Source: a virus
Taxonomy: Duplodnaviria > Caudoviricetes
IMG/VR virus record: IMGVR_UViG_3300042484_002353
Span: 1 to 63,199 of that record
DNA length: 63,199 nt
Strand: one strand, 5' to 3'
This document shows, piece by piece, positions 1 to 8,961 of this stretch (positions are counted from its first letter, which is position 1; each line of letters begins with the position of its first letter). A model generated the notes under the pieces. The model did not search any database. It was given only the letters and a program-made list of their open reading frames with translations, and was not told the DNA's origin. The translations under genes were made by a program, and so were the position numbers.

Positions 1-107
1 GATAACCCAGCATTAAGATCTTCGATCTCTTGTAATACTGCTACACCTTCATTGACGATTTGTACTAATTTGGCTTTCTGTTCAGCCGAATACATTCTTG
101 ATGACAT
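1..107 (-). CDS. Small phage protein, 5' part (runs off the window); possibly a DsbA/GapR-like DNA-binding protein
   Basis: Not in the ORF track. AGGAG RBS at 114-118, ATG at 107, reads MSSRMYSAEQKAKLVQIVNEGVAVLQEIEDLNAGL... Family resemblance recalled, not verified. Confidence 0.6.
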   Translation of the reverse strand, partial: MSSRMYSAEQKAKLVQIVNEGVAVLQEIEDLNAGL

Positions 108-141
108 ATTAAACTCCTATTGATTTTGTATTATACACTAC

Positions 142-1317
142 TTAATTTGTTGATGCAAGTATTTTGTAAAATTCTGGAAAAGTGTCTTGATAACTCTCTC
201 CACGTAAATCATCGTACCCCTGTGTTATGACCCAAAAGTCCATCATGGCCTTGGTTGGATTGTCCATGGGTGACATCAACATGGGTATTAAATTTTGAGC
301 CGGAGTACCAGTGCTGCTCAAACGATCAGCAATCTGCTGCTTGGCAGCATCTGGTAATATACGCATGTTTAAATGATCTGGTCTGTGCAATATATTGAAT
401 CCCACATGAATGCCTCGACTGTGAAAGAACTGCCAGATCTCGTCAGTGTAGTAGACGTTTAAAGCACTGACTGTACAACTGACATTCATGTCTATATTAC
501 CCAGTCGAGCAGCCATATTCTGATAAGCATCTAGGTTGGACAAAAATTTGTCCCATTTTGCTGGGTAACGCATGTACTCAAATTGATCGCCAATACCATC
601 TACACTGAGTCCCAGATCCACTTTGTAGAAATTTCGGAAAATCTCTTCAGTATCCTCACGCAATATCGTGCCATTGGTATTGATATTTACAACTGTTTTG
701 TTATTGTTGGCCCCCAGGCTAGACGTCTTGATAACCTCCCACAGAGAATCAATTAGCATGGGTTCAGCACCGTACAACTCGTAGAATTCCACATTGGGTG
801 CCCAGGCTTTAAGATCAGACCAGAATGGATTGGCATCATGATAACTGTCTTGTATCTCAGTAAACTGTTGGATATATGAAGTCCAATCTGACTGTCTTGC
901 TTCTACTTTGTAGTAATCCTTTAGCCAACGACTACTGCTGAATGGACTGCAATGACGACAAGCTAGATTGCATAAGTTACCGGGTTTTAACATCACACTG
1001 ACTGGTTGGTCAGGCAACGGCTTGACATGAGGTATAGATCTGTTGACCATAATGCGTTTGCTGTCACGCCCAGCTAATTCTTCGTCCCAGCAGTCCTGAC
1101 AGTTGGCATGTTCTATGCCATTATCCAGCGCATCCTTTATTTCAATTCGTGTGGGGCTTTTCCAGGCATCAGCCAGACTGTATTGAGCCAGTGTCATGTA
1201 AGTGCCATTAGTGTCTTGAAATACCTGCCGACTCTGATTACAGACACTGATGTATCCACCATTTTGAGTGCTGAGTCCAATATCTGCGTACTTGCATTTA
1301 CAATCTTTTGACATCAC
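142..1317 (-). CDS. Radical SAM enzyme with N-terminal twitch/SPASM-like Cys cluster
   Basis: CNLACRHC (CxxxCxxC), GAEP, NTNG and SVDG motifs; N-terminal C...VCN...CQDC. Confidence 0.9.
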   Translation of the reverse strand: MMSKDCKCKYADIGLSTQNGGYISVCNQSRQVFQDTNGTYMTLAQYSLADAWKSPTRIEIKDALDNGIEHANCQDCWDEELAGRDSKRIMVNRSIPHVKPLPDQPVSVMLKPGNLCNLACRHCSPFSSSRWLKDYYKVEARQSDWTSYIQQFTEIQDSYHDANPFWSDLKAWAPNVEFYELYGAEPMLIDSLWEVIKTSSLGANNNKTVVNINTNGTILREDTEEIFRNFYKVDLGLSVDGIGDQFEYMRYPAKWDKFLSNLDAYQNMAARLGNIDMNVSCTVSALNVYYTDEIWQFFHSRGIHVGFNILHRPDHLNMRILPDAAKQQIADRLSSTGTPAQNLIPMLMSPMDNPTKAMMDFWVITQGYDDLRGESYQDTFPEFYKILASTN

Positions 1318-1329
1318 TTACCTAATCGA

Positions 1330-1426
1330 AAATCCCAGTTACTTTATCTGGGGCACACCACGCGGTGCAGTGAAATCTCGCGGACGCCTATACCGTAGCA
1401 TCAAACGGTCCCTAAGGCAGGGATTT
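1330..1426 (-). ncRNA. Candidate structured RNA / cis-regulatory leader
   Basis: GC-rich intergenic stretch with nested stems GCCT/AGGC and ACCGT/ACGGT, then CGCG/CGCG and CCCAG/CTGGG, plus a possible long-range AAATCCC/GGGATTT pairing. A TAAATA box lies just upstream (1429-1434). Confidence 0.45.
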
Positions 1427-2524
1427 AATATTTATCAGTGAGTGTAGCTCAGGCCACAGTTCCTGAAATTTGTATTTGGGTGGCATGAACTGTTCGGTAC
1501 GTTCGGTCCAGGCTAAAAATTCAGTATTGTCTTGCGCTGTGATTCTAGTCAACCGTTCTTTGACATTGGTTAAAAAATCGCTACGTGACCCCAGCTGATC
1601 GATCTCAGCAATGGCCGCAGCAATTACTTCAGGGCCATGTGATTGTAACACATAGCTATTGGTACCCTGGCCTTTTAGACTACTGTAATCATTACCTTGT
1701 ATTTGCTGCCAATTGACATGTAAGGTATTGTCATCGGCCCAGGCGTATATGTCACGTAAATCTAGTGCATTCCATATATTATATGTAGGTATAATACTGA
1801 TTCTTCTTTCAGGAAAATCTTGCTGTAACAACTGAATATTGAGTTGTATGCGATTCCAGTCAGCATTATGGCGAATGTATTCTAATTTGTCACCAATGTG
1901 GTCCAAGCTGATGATCCAATCGACTCGGTCGCGAGTTTTTAGCAGTTGGTATATACGATTATTCTCTAGCGGGTTACTCAGATTAGTCAGTACATTGATG
2001 GCAATGTTATCAGGCAACAATTCCAACAACTGCTCATTCTGTCGTTGCATCAGTGGTTCACCACCCAACAAGTCCACTTGCTGAATGGTGTCACGATTTT
2101 GTTCAATGGTTGCCAGTACATCAGTATAATAGTCACGACGTGTGTTCTCGATGGGTATATTTAATCGTCGGGCCCAATCGCTACTGTACTCAGGACCACA
2201 CATGCGACAGCTGAGATTACACACATTACTCCAACGTATGTCTATCTGTCGGATGGTTCTGGTGCCGTCTGTGGCAAAATTTTTGTAGTAATCACGAGTA
2301 CTATGGCCTGACTGTGCTTCCATGTCCACACAAGTCTTGCAGTATGTGGCATGTGGTCGCCCTGCATCTATTTCCGCTTTGATCTCGATGTACTTGGGGT
2401 TACTGAATATATCTGCAACCGACTCTGTGCGGATGTTACCCAGCGAATGGCCCGAGCAGCAGGTGCGTACTGTGCCATTGGTTTCCAAAAACAGACCAAC
2501 ATCAATGCTGCTGCAATAGGTCAT
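1412..2524 (-). CDS. Radical SAM enzyme with N-terminal twitch/SPASM-like domain
   Basis: CNLSCRMC, GGEP, LTN and SLD motifs; N-terminal YC...TCC...CKTC. Confidence 0.9.
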   Translation of the reverse strand: MTYCSSIDVGLFLETNGTVRTCCSGHSLGNIRTESVADIFSNPKYIEIKAEIDAGRPHATYCKTCVDMEAQSGHSTRDYYKNFATDGTRTIRQIDIRWSNVCNLSCRMCGPEYSSDWARRLNIPIENTRRDYYTDVLATIEQNRDTIQQVDLLGGEPLMQRQNEQLLELLPDNIAINVLTNLSNPLENNRIYQLLKTRDRVDWIISLDHIGDKLEYIRHNADWNRIQLNIQLLQQDFPERRISIIPTYNIWNALDLRDIYAWADDNTLHVNWQQIQGNDYSSLKGQGTNSYVLQSHGPEVIAAAIAEIDQLGSRSDFLTNVKERLTRITAQDNTEFLAWTERTEQFMPPKYKFQELWPELHSLINIKSLP

Positions 2525-2607
2525 GTGGGTGCGTAGGGGTTTCTTTTATGGTCGCTGTCTGTGGGCAGCTCGGGATATACCGGATAAGGCATGGTGGGAT
2601 AGGTCAT
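2521..2607 (-). CDS. 28-aa Tyr/Pro-rich peptide MTYPTMPYPVYPELPTDSDHKRNPYAPT (candidate radical SAM substrate/precursor)
   Basis: Not in the ORF track. It fills the gap exactly: its ATG overlaps the upstream TGA (ATGA, 2604-2607) and its TGA overlaps the downstream ATG (2521-2524). Confidence 0.8.
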   Translation of the reverse strand: MTYPTMPYPVYPELPTDSDHKRNPYAPT

Positions 2608-3770
2608 TGTGTTATTAGTTGATAAAATTCCGGATGAGTCGCAGCGTAGGATTTTTTAGACATCTGATCGAAATGACGTATATAATCCAGGAATGCTGTA
2701 TACGGTTGGTTCTCAGATATACTTATATAGGCAGACAGAAAGTCCAGTTCGGGTATATGCTGTACTCGGTCAATGCAGGCCTGACGAACTTCGGCAGTCA
2801 TGGCACTGGCCTGACACTTGGCACGACTCATGGCATGATCGTTGAAGCTGTTGTAATTGATGCCTATATCAGGAAACTCTGTCTGCAGATAGTCATGCAA
2901 GTCAGCCAAATAATATATGTTCAACATACTGTAAGTGGGATTGATGTTGAATTTAATTCCAGCACCTGCATGATCCTGAAACCAATGCATGTTCTCCACC
3001 ACCTGATCCCACTGGGCGCCATCGCGTTGATATTCAAATCTTTGTTTTATATCATCTATGCTGAAGAAAATTTCAACTTGGCCACATTGGTTTAAAATGT
3101 CCCAGAATGCAGCACTGGGCTTGACTGTGCCGTTGGTGAAAATTATCACACGTAGATTGTCGTAGGTGCGATATTTGCCCATGTTGGAAAAGAATTTGTA
3201 ATAGTCAGGTTCCAAAAATACTTCGCCACCCTGTAATTGGATGGTGTGTAGACTCAGGAACAACTCTGGGTCATCAATCTGATTGGGTTTATTTTTCAGG
3301 TATTTTTGTGTGAATCGTTCGTAGCCCCAGGCCACAGGTGCCTTGGCGGCCCAATTGGTGCTGTTCCAGGGTCCACATATGGCACAGGACAGATTGCACA
3401 AGTTACCTAAGTTAAGATCCAGATAACCCGACACTGGCACATTTTGTTGCCCGTATTCTTGTATTTTGTATTGTCTTGAGCTGGTGATACCACGCTGCTC
3501 AGACTCATAACACATGGCACAACCAGCATTTTTAACACCATTGAGATTGTCCTGCCGTGCCTGTGCAACAACTGCTGATTGGTTGTGTGTATGATATATG
3601 GTGTTGGGGTTGGCAATTGATTGGCTACTGATGTCTCGATACAAACAGCAGGGCTTGTATCTAAATGCATCGTTATTCTGAATCAGATGTATACGTGTCC
3701 ACCATTCGGGACAGAATACATCTGGGTCAGTGGGATTTAAATCAATACGCTGTGGCAGCCGATCCATCAA
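2604..3770 (-). CDS. Radical SAM enzyme with N-terminal twitch/SPASM-like domain
   Basis: CNLSCAIC, GGE, FTNG and SIDD motifs; N-terminal FCPEWW...PCC...CAMC. Confidence 0.9.
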   Translation of the reverse strand: MMDRLPQRIDLNPTDPDVFCPEWWTRIHLIQNNDAFRYKPCCLYRDISSQSIANPNTIYHTHNQSAVVAQARQDNLNGVKNAGCAMCYESEQRGITSSRQYKIQEYGQQNVPVSGYLDLNLGNLCNLSCAICGPWNSTNWAAKAPVAWGYERFTQKYLKNKPNQIDDPELFLSLHTIQLQGGEVFLEPDYYKFFSNMGKYRTYDNLRVIIFTNGTVKPSAAFWDILNQCGQVEIFFSIDDIKQRFEYQRDGAQWDQVVENMHWFQDHAGAGIKFNINPTYSMLNIYYLADLHDYLQTEFPDIGINYNSFNDHAMSRAKCQASAMTAEVRQACIDRVQHIPELDFLSAYISISENQPYTAFLDYIRHFDQMSKKSYAATHPEFYQLITQ

Positions 3771-3992
3771 TTACCTGCAGACTCGTTCTACACGATTGAC
3801 GCGATAGTATGGATCCCATACTGAACGAGTAAAACAACGTGGTGGGGGTGCTATGTATACAGGTCTGGGCTGCATGTATACAGGTGCTGGCTGTACATAT
3901 ACTGGTCGCGGACGTGGGGTATAATAGGGATCAGTGACCACACATCCTGACAATGCACTGACCAGGCCCAACGCAATGAGAATTCTTTTCAT
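3771..3992 (-). CDS. Small Pro/Tyr-rich lipoprotein
   Basis: Signal peptide with lipobox LSGC; three PVY repeats; C-terminal Cys pair. Confidence 0.75.
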   Translation of the reverse strand: MKRILIALGLVSALSGCVVTDPYYTPRPRPVYVQPAPVYMQPRPVYIAPPPRCFTRSVWDPYYRVNRVERVCR

Positions 3993-4001
3993 ATCTTTTC
4001 C

Positions 4002-4223
4002 TTATTTACAAATCTGCACGGATCGCCACATGTAGTTGACTGCGTCCCATTGGGATACCCAATTGCATGATGGTACATACATGGGCGGAGCAGGGTTATA
4101 CATTTGCACTGGGGCCATTGCTGGATATATCACTGGAGCATATCCGTATCCATAACCTGGATAATAAACTGGGGCACAGCCTGTGAGTAATACCAATAGA
4201 ATGGCTGCTGTAATTGACTTCAT
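4002..4223 (-). CDS. Small Pro/Tyr-rich lipoprotein, paralogue of 3771-3992
   Basis: Lipobox LTGC; PVYYP and GYGYGY; same C-x5-WD-x11-C-[RK] C-terminus; same length (73 aa). Confidence 0.75.
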   Translation of the reverse strand: MKSITAAILLVLLTGCAPVYYPGYGYGYAPVIYPAMAPVQMYNPAPPMYVPSCNWVSQWDAVNYMWRSVQICK

Positions 4224-4233
4224 GTAAAACCTC

Positions 4234-4671
4234 TTATTTTAGAGTAGCACGTAGTTGCCAGGAATGTTTACGATGTGCGTCCATGCGTTCAGCTAAGAAG
4301 TTGCTAAATCCATGCTCACCTTCAGCTTCGGCTACATCATACGCCATCTTTAGTATTTTACACATATTATCACTATCTGTCAATAGTTCGGCAACCATTT
4401 GTTCAGCTGGAATCACTTGTGTTTCATCTTCGATTCGGCTCAGCATACTGAGCCGGCTCAGGCTACCAGGAGCATAGGTATTCATTGAGCGAAGTTTTTC
4501 AGCAAAGTGATCAATGATGTTGTATACTTCTTCGTATATGGTACCAAATAGATCGTGCAATTCACGGAAATGAATACCTTCCACGTTCCAATGAAATTCA
4601 TGAGCTTTTAAATAGAAGCTGAATTCACTGGCAAAGGCAATCTTGGCTGCTTTTTGTAATCTTTCATTCAT
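4234..4671 (-). CDS. dps: Dps-family ferritin-like DNA protection protein
   Basis: HWNVEG..FRELH..F..IYEE, D.FAEKLR and K.SWQL motifs; 145 aa. Confidence 0.9.
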   Translation of the reverse strand: MNERLQKAAKIAFASEFSFYLKAHEFHWNVEGIHFRELHDLFGTIYEEVYNIIDHFAEKLRSMNTYAPGSLSRLSMLSRIEDETQVIPAEQMVAELLTDSDNMCKILKMAYDVAEAEGEHGFSNFLAERMDAHRKHSWQLRATLK

Positions 4672-6467
4672 AATATATCATATCCTGCGTCTCGCATTTG
4701 TTGTAAGCGGCCTTCCATGACGTCATCGTCTGTGTGTCCGCGGAATTCACCAGCATCATACATACGGGCCTGTTCGTCGTCACTGTCTGCATAATCATTG
4801 AAACTGACGTCACTGCTGTGGAAACTATGTCGGCCGTGGTTGTAAAGATTGACCACCACAAAACGATGGTCTCGACCAAAGCTGTCAATGACTCCAGTGG
4901 CACCGTTAAACTGTACATCACCAGAGATGATGACATCATCGCCCACATTCAACTGTTCAGCATCTTCCGCCATGCCTTGATTGGTACTTTCTCTATTCAG
5001 GGCTTTGCGAATATTAGTTACTGTATTATCAATTTGTTTACCTGTTGCCTTCATCACATTCATGGTTCTGTCATTGGCCTGACGATATTTGCCTTGACTG
5101 GTTAAATCATCTGCAGATTTCTTGGCCTTCACTTTGTATCTGTCCAATGCATCAGAAGATAACTCTTGGATTGGTTCACCTTCTGCCACGCCTACTAGAC
5201 CACCAAACACATACACTTTAATCTTTCTATTGGCAGTCAAAGCTCCGGAACAACGATGGTGACCGTCTAGTATATAAGCCTCACCATCGAGTGTTAACAC
5301 CACTGGATGATCCGCGTACTCTTCAAATACTGATCCATCATCGCGATATCGTTCGTCTGCCAACCAATCTTGTGTAGCAGTCAACCTTCTGGGGGAAACT
5401 ACCACTAATTTGGGTTTAACGCCCTTTTCTACCATATCGTAAACTATCTCTCTTAGATGTTCATTACTTTTGAACTCGTCGGGGTAGGGTGTATAATCTC
5501 GTGGGTTTAGATCGTCTCGGTAAGCACCCAACTTTAAGTTCGTTGGCATATATCCGTGATCGTCGTTATCAGTCTCTTCTAGATATCCACCCATGGGTGT
5601 TGGGGCTGATGTGCCTAAATTGTCAGCATCAGCAACTCTGTAATTGTGGTGATTGGCCGACATCTTGGTCATCAGATATTTCTGTGCTGAATCTCGACTG
5701 TCAAAATCAGGTGTACCAGATACCTTGTTGCCGGTCCTAGCATAAACAATATGCCATCCTGCTAAAGGCTCTCCCCAATTTTCCGCCACATCTTGCTTGG
5801 CCGCTGCATTGGCTGCAAGTGCGGCTGCTTTGAAATAAAGCCAATTATAATCATTGTCGCTTAACTGGCCGTCAATGGTGGCATACAATTGTGGATTTAC
5901 TTTTTCTAACATTTGTGCCAAAGCATAGTAGTCTTTTTTAAGCAAGTTGACTGGATTCATTTTGGTCTTGGCAGCATAAGTCAATAATCCCCGAGCTGCC
6001 AGCTTGGCCATCTTCAACACGTCCGCGTCATCCGGTTTCTCAAAATCTCTGTGTGTCTGCATGCCTTCCGACATGCCTTGCTGATTCAACTCAGTAGCCT
6101 TGGCTTCTGCTGCTGCACGATTTTTAAAATCTGACCGGCCCTGAGCATCTTTCCATACTTCACGTGGTCGGTCGTGGCCTCGTACGATATAGAATGCGTT
6201 ATGGTGTCCGTTTGTGTGTTGCTCCACTGTCCACTGTAGTTGGTGTTTTGCTTCTGCCACACCTGCTTTTTTCTTTTTAGCAATGGCAATGGCAGCTTGT
6301 TGTGCAGCATTAGCAGCTTCGTCAACACCTTCATTGGGCACACAGTTGGGCACAGTACGCCCTGCTTTCTTTTTAGTGCCCACAGGATGGTAGCCAGTCC
6401 AGCAGGGATTGTCGGCAGGATTCTTTAGAGACTTTTTCTTGGCTTCAAATAGTTCAAAGACGTTCAT
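4668..6467 (-). CDS. Modular protein punctuated by GVAE-like motifs, including a ParB/Srx-like module; candidate internal virion protein
   Basis: Leader MNVFELFE; CWTGY...VPNC module; ILDGHHR ParB-like motif; six or more G/D-V/M-A/S/D-E linkers. Confidence 0.6.
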   Translation of the reverse strand: MNVFELFEAKKKSLKNPADNPCWTGYHPVGTKKKAGRTVPNCVPNEGVDEAANAAQQAAIAIAKKKKAGVAEAKHQLQWTVEQHTNGHHNAFYIVRGHDRPREVWKDAQGRSDFKNRAAAEAKATELNQQGMSEGMQTHRDFEKPDDADVLKMAKLAARGLLTYAAKTKMNPVNLLKKDYYALAQMLEKVNPQLYATIDGQLSDNDYNWLYFKAAALAANAAAKQDVAENWGEPLAGWHIVYARTGNKVSGTPDFDSRDSAQKYLMTKMSANHHNYRVADADNLGTSAPTPMGGYLEETDNDDHGYMPTNLKLGAYRDDLNPRDYTPYPDEFKSNEHLREIVYDMVEKGVKPKLVVVSPRRLTATQDWLADERYRDDGSVFEEYADHPVVLTLDGEAYILDGHHRCSGALTANRKIKVYVFGGLVGVAEGEPIQELSSDALDRYKVKAKKSADDLTSQGKYRQANDRTMNVMKATGKQIDNTVTNIRKALNRESTNQGMAEDAEQLNVGDDVIISGDVQFNGATGVIDSFGRDHRFVVVNLYNHGRHSFHSSDVSFNDYADSDDEQARMYDAGEFRGHTDDDVMEGRLQQMRDAGYDIL

Positions 6468-7501
6468 TCTGCGGTTCCTGTTACGCCGGGCATGGCTATG
6501 TTAGCTGGATTACTCAGAGACGCCAATTGCTTTCTCAGTGCATCCAATTGCTCTTGGGTCTGTTTAATTTGATCTTGTGTGGATTTTTTCTGTGCGGCCA
6601 GATTTTTTAACTGCTGTGCCTTCATTTGTGCCACGGCTGCTGGGTTGGCTGCTGTATTGGATGCTGGTGCTGTTGGAGCAACACCTGGAGTCACAGGCGC
6701 AACTACTTCTTCGTCCAATCCTGGTTGTCCCACAATGGCATCATATTGATCCATGCCCAGTGTGTTGCCGTCTGCACTCATGGCAATCAATCGCTCTGCC
6801 ACATTGTGTAGATCCTGGTCAGTCTGGGCATCTTCCTTGGCGTATTCCATGATGCGAATCAACAAGGGCACATCCATTGTAACTGCATCTGCAGGATTAT
6901 CCTGAGACTCTGATGTCTCACTATGCCATGCGTCCTGTGGTGCATCTTGTGAACTGTGCCATGCGTCTTGTGGTGCATCTTCCGAACTGTGCCAGGCATC
7001 TTCTTCTGTCACACCTTGTGTTGTTTTGTCTTGTGGTTGTCCGCCCATGGGAGATACTATAACATAGCTACCTACAGTTGTATAATTTTGATGTGCTAAT
7101 TGATTTTTTATATCTTGCGGATTGCCTAATTTGTATTTTTGTGAAGCTACTGATAAATTTAATTTATCTAGCATGTTACCTTTAACATCTTGTATTACTA
7201 CAACAGGATCTGGAGTATTCAATTCAAGTGAGCCTTCCGCCACACCTTGCTTGAACTCAGCAAACTCACGAAACAGATCGCGACGTACTGTGGCCACTGG
7301 CTTATTCAGTTCCAGTTGTAATTCTCGTAACAAACTACCAGCACTCTCACTCGCACCCACCAGACGTCCAGCAAATGGATGCTGACCTGATTTCTTTTTA
7401 GTGGCCTTGTCAGTACCACGCACCTGGTCGCCGGGCTTTTGGCCCATGGACTGTCCAGCAAATTGGTCCATCTTTTCTAATAGGTTGCGAATGTTGCTCA
7501 T
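6464..7501 (-). CDS. Modular GVAE-type protein with C-terminal coiled coil
   Basis: Leader MSNIRNLLE; QGVAEG and QGVTEE linkers; MDVPLLIRIMEYAKEDA module. Confidence 0.6.
   Translation of the reverse strand: MSNIRNLLEKMDQFAGQSMGQKPGDQVRGTDKATKKKSGQHPFAGRLVGASESAGSLLRELQLELNKPVATVRRDLFREFAEFKQGVAEGSLELNTPDPVVVIQDVKGNMLDKLNLSVASQKYKLGNPQDIKNQLAHQNYTTVGSYVIVSPMGGQPQDKTTQGVTEEDAWHSSEDAPQDAWHSSQDAPQDAWHSETSESQDNPADAVTMDVPLLIRIMEYAKEDAQTDQDLHNVAERLIAMSADGNTLGMDQYDAIVGQPGLDEEVVAPVTPGVAPTAPASNTAANPAAVAQMKAQQLKNLAAQKKSTQDQIKQTQEQLDALRKQLASLSNPANIAMPGVTGTAE
6918..7005 (-). repeat. In-frame tandem repeat of about 33 nt (DAWHSSxDAPQ, about 2.5 copies)
   Basis: Translates as EDAWHSSEDAPQDAWHSSQDAPQDAWHSE. 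Confidence 0.8.
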
Positions 7502-8937
7502 CGTTTGATTACACTTGTATTGGCTTTCTTTTTACCAGCGAATGGTGTCCGGGGTGCGTAGCTACCACCAAATAATGTACCAGTCTTGGGACCTTTACCT
7601 ACACCAGGAGCAGTGGCCATGCCAGCTGACGATGTTGTTTCTGTTACACCTTCCATTGCAGGACTTAAATTACCACGCTGGGCTTGTTCCAGGTCACGGG
7701 TGCCATGAACCTCAGCATCATACTTTTCAGCCCAGGCATTCATTTGGTCCACGTTCTTAAAAGTTTTGTGCCAGGTCTTGCGATCTATGCCACGAACGCC
7801 ATGTGCTTCGATAGTATGTCCCTGAGCAGCCTCCGCTACACCTGACTTCTTTTGCGACCAGGTTATAGAACTGACTACTTTGCCATCTTTATCATAAGCA
7901 ATAGTCTTATTATCAGTATCAGTAAACTTTACTGCACCGTGTTTTTTTGCTTTCTGTTTCCATGCATTCCAATCCATCTTGCCATCATCTTGAAATGTCC
8001 CTTCTGCCACATCCGACTCGGGCAATTGACCTTTGGGACCAGTGTTGCTGATATCATAGGCACTCATCTTTGTTGAACGTTTGTCTTTCATTCCAGCTTT
8101 GTGGAATGGATTTTCACCTTTGGGATAATGTGTTTTATAAACTTGACCCTGTTGGTGCTGCTTTGCATACGCATCTCTGTTGGCCAATGGGTCTGATTCC
8201 GCCACACCATCGTGCTCATCGTAACCGCCAATCTCCATCTCGGCATGATCAATGGCATCAGCTAGGGTATGGAACCATCCAGGTTGAATCTGTCCTTTCA
8301 TCTGCCCTGTGCCACGTGCTGTGTACATGCCTTTGCGTTGATTAAAGTATACATTAAACTCTTCACCGCGATGTTCCAGTCGGTTGATATCACCTGGACC
8401 TGCTTCCGCCACACCATCTTCTTTCATTTTATCCAGCTTATCTTGCGGTATTCCTTTTCTTCTGAGATAATAGTCTCTGACTTTTATATCATCTCCGGGA
8501 TTATGTTTGGCCACCACGCTGTCTGGGGTCAATGGTGGAGGATGTCCATGGGCTTTGATGTATGCTTTACGGGCTGCTTTTTCTTCCGGACTGCTCAGGT
8601 CAAGACGTCCACCTTCACCCAGCAATTCAGCAAACTGAATTTCAGCTGATTCTGCTGTGAACATTTCCGGCATGGCTTCTTCAGGATGCGACATTTCATG
8701 TGCCAGATACTCATGTACTGTACGCAGATAATCATTGGCCAGGGTGAGTTTTTCGCTGACCCAGCCGTCCAATCCCTGCATTTCGCTGACGTTTTTCAGC
8801 ATCTTGTGTAGTTCAATGGCATATTTGGCAGAACTGTAGCAATCGCTACGGGCCATCTGGACTTCGTGATCCTGATGCATGGCATGGGCATCATCGCCGA
8901 TAAATTGGTTTTCTGTGATAAAATCTGTGGTCTTCAT
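7498..8937 (-). CDS. Modular GVAE-type protein; candidate internal virion protein
   Basis: Leader MKTTDFITE; linkers DGVAEA, DGVAES, SDVAEG, SGVAEA and EGVTET; TAAATA about 20 nt upstream. Confidence 0.6.
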   Translation of the reverse strand: MKTTDFITENQFIGDDAHAMHQDHEVQMARSDCYSSAKYAIELHKMLKNVSEMQGLDGWVSEKLTLANDYLRTVHEYLAHEMSHPEEAMPEMFTAESAEIQFAELLGEGGRLDLSSPEEKAARKAYIKAHGHPPPLTPDSVVAKHNPGDDIKVRDYYLRRKGIPQDKLDKMKEDGVAEAGPGDINRLEHRGEEFNVYFNQRKGMYTARGTGQMKGQIQPGWFHTLADAIDHAEMEIGGYDEHDGVAESDPLANRDAYAKQHQQGQVYKTHYPKGENPFHKAGMKDKRSTKMSAYDISNTGPKGQLPESDVAEGTFQDDGKMDWNAWKQKAKKHGAVKFTDTDNKTIAYDKDGKVVSSITWSQKKSGVAEAAQGHTIEAHGVRGIDRKTWHKTFKNVDQMNAWAEKYDAEVHGTRDLEQAQRGNLSPAMEGVTETTSSAGMATAPGVGKGPKTGTLFGGSYAPRTPFAGKKKANTSVIKR

Positions 8938-8961
8938 AGTGATTCCTGATAGTTATGGTAT

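Noticed and set aside
3771-4223. Pro-rich lipoproteins as o-spanins
   Set aside because: No i-spanin, endolysin or holin is adjacent. Not excluded, but unsupported.
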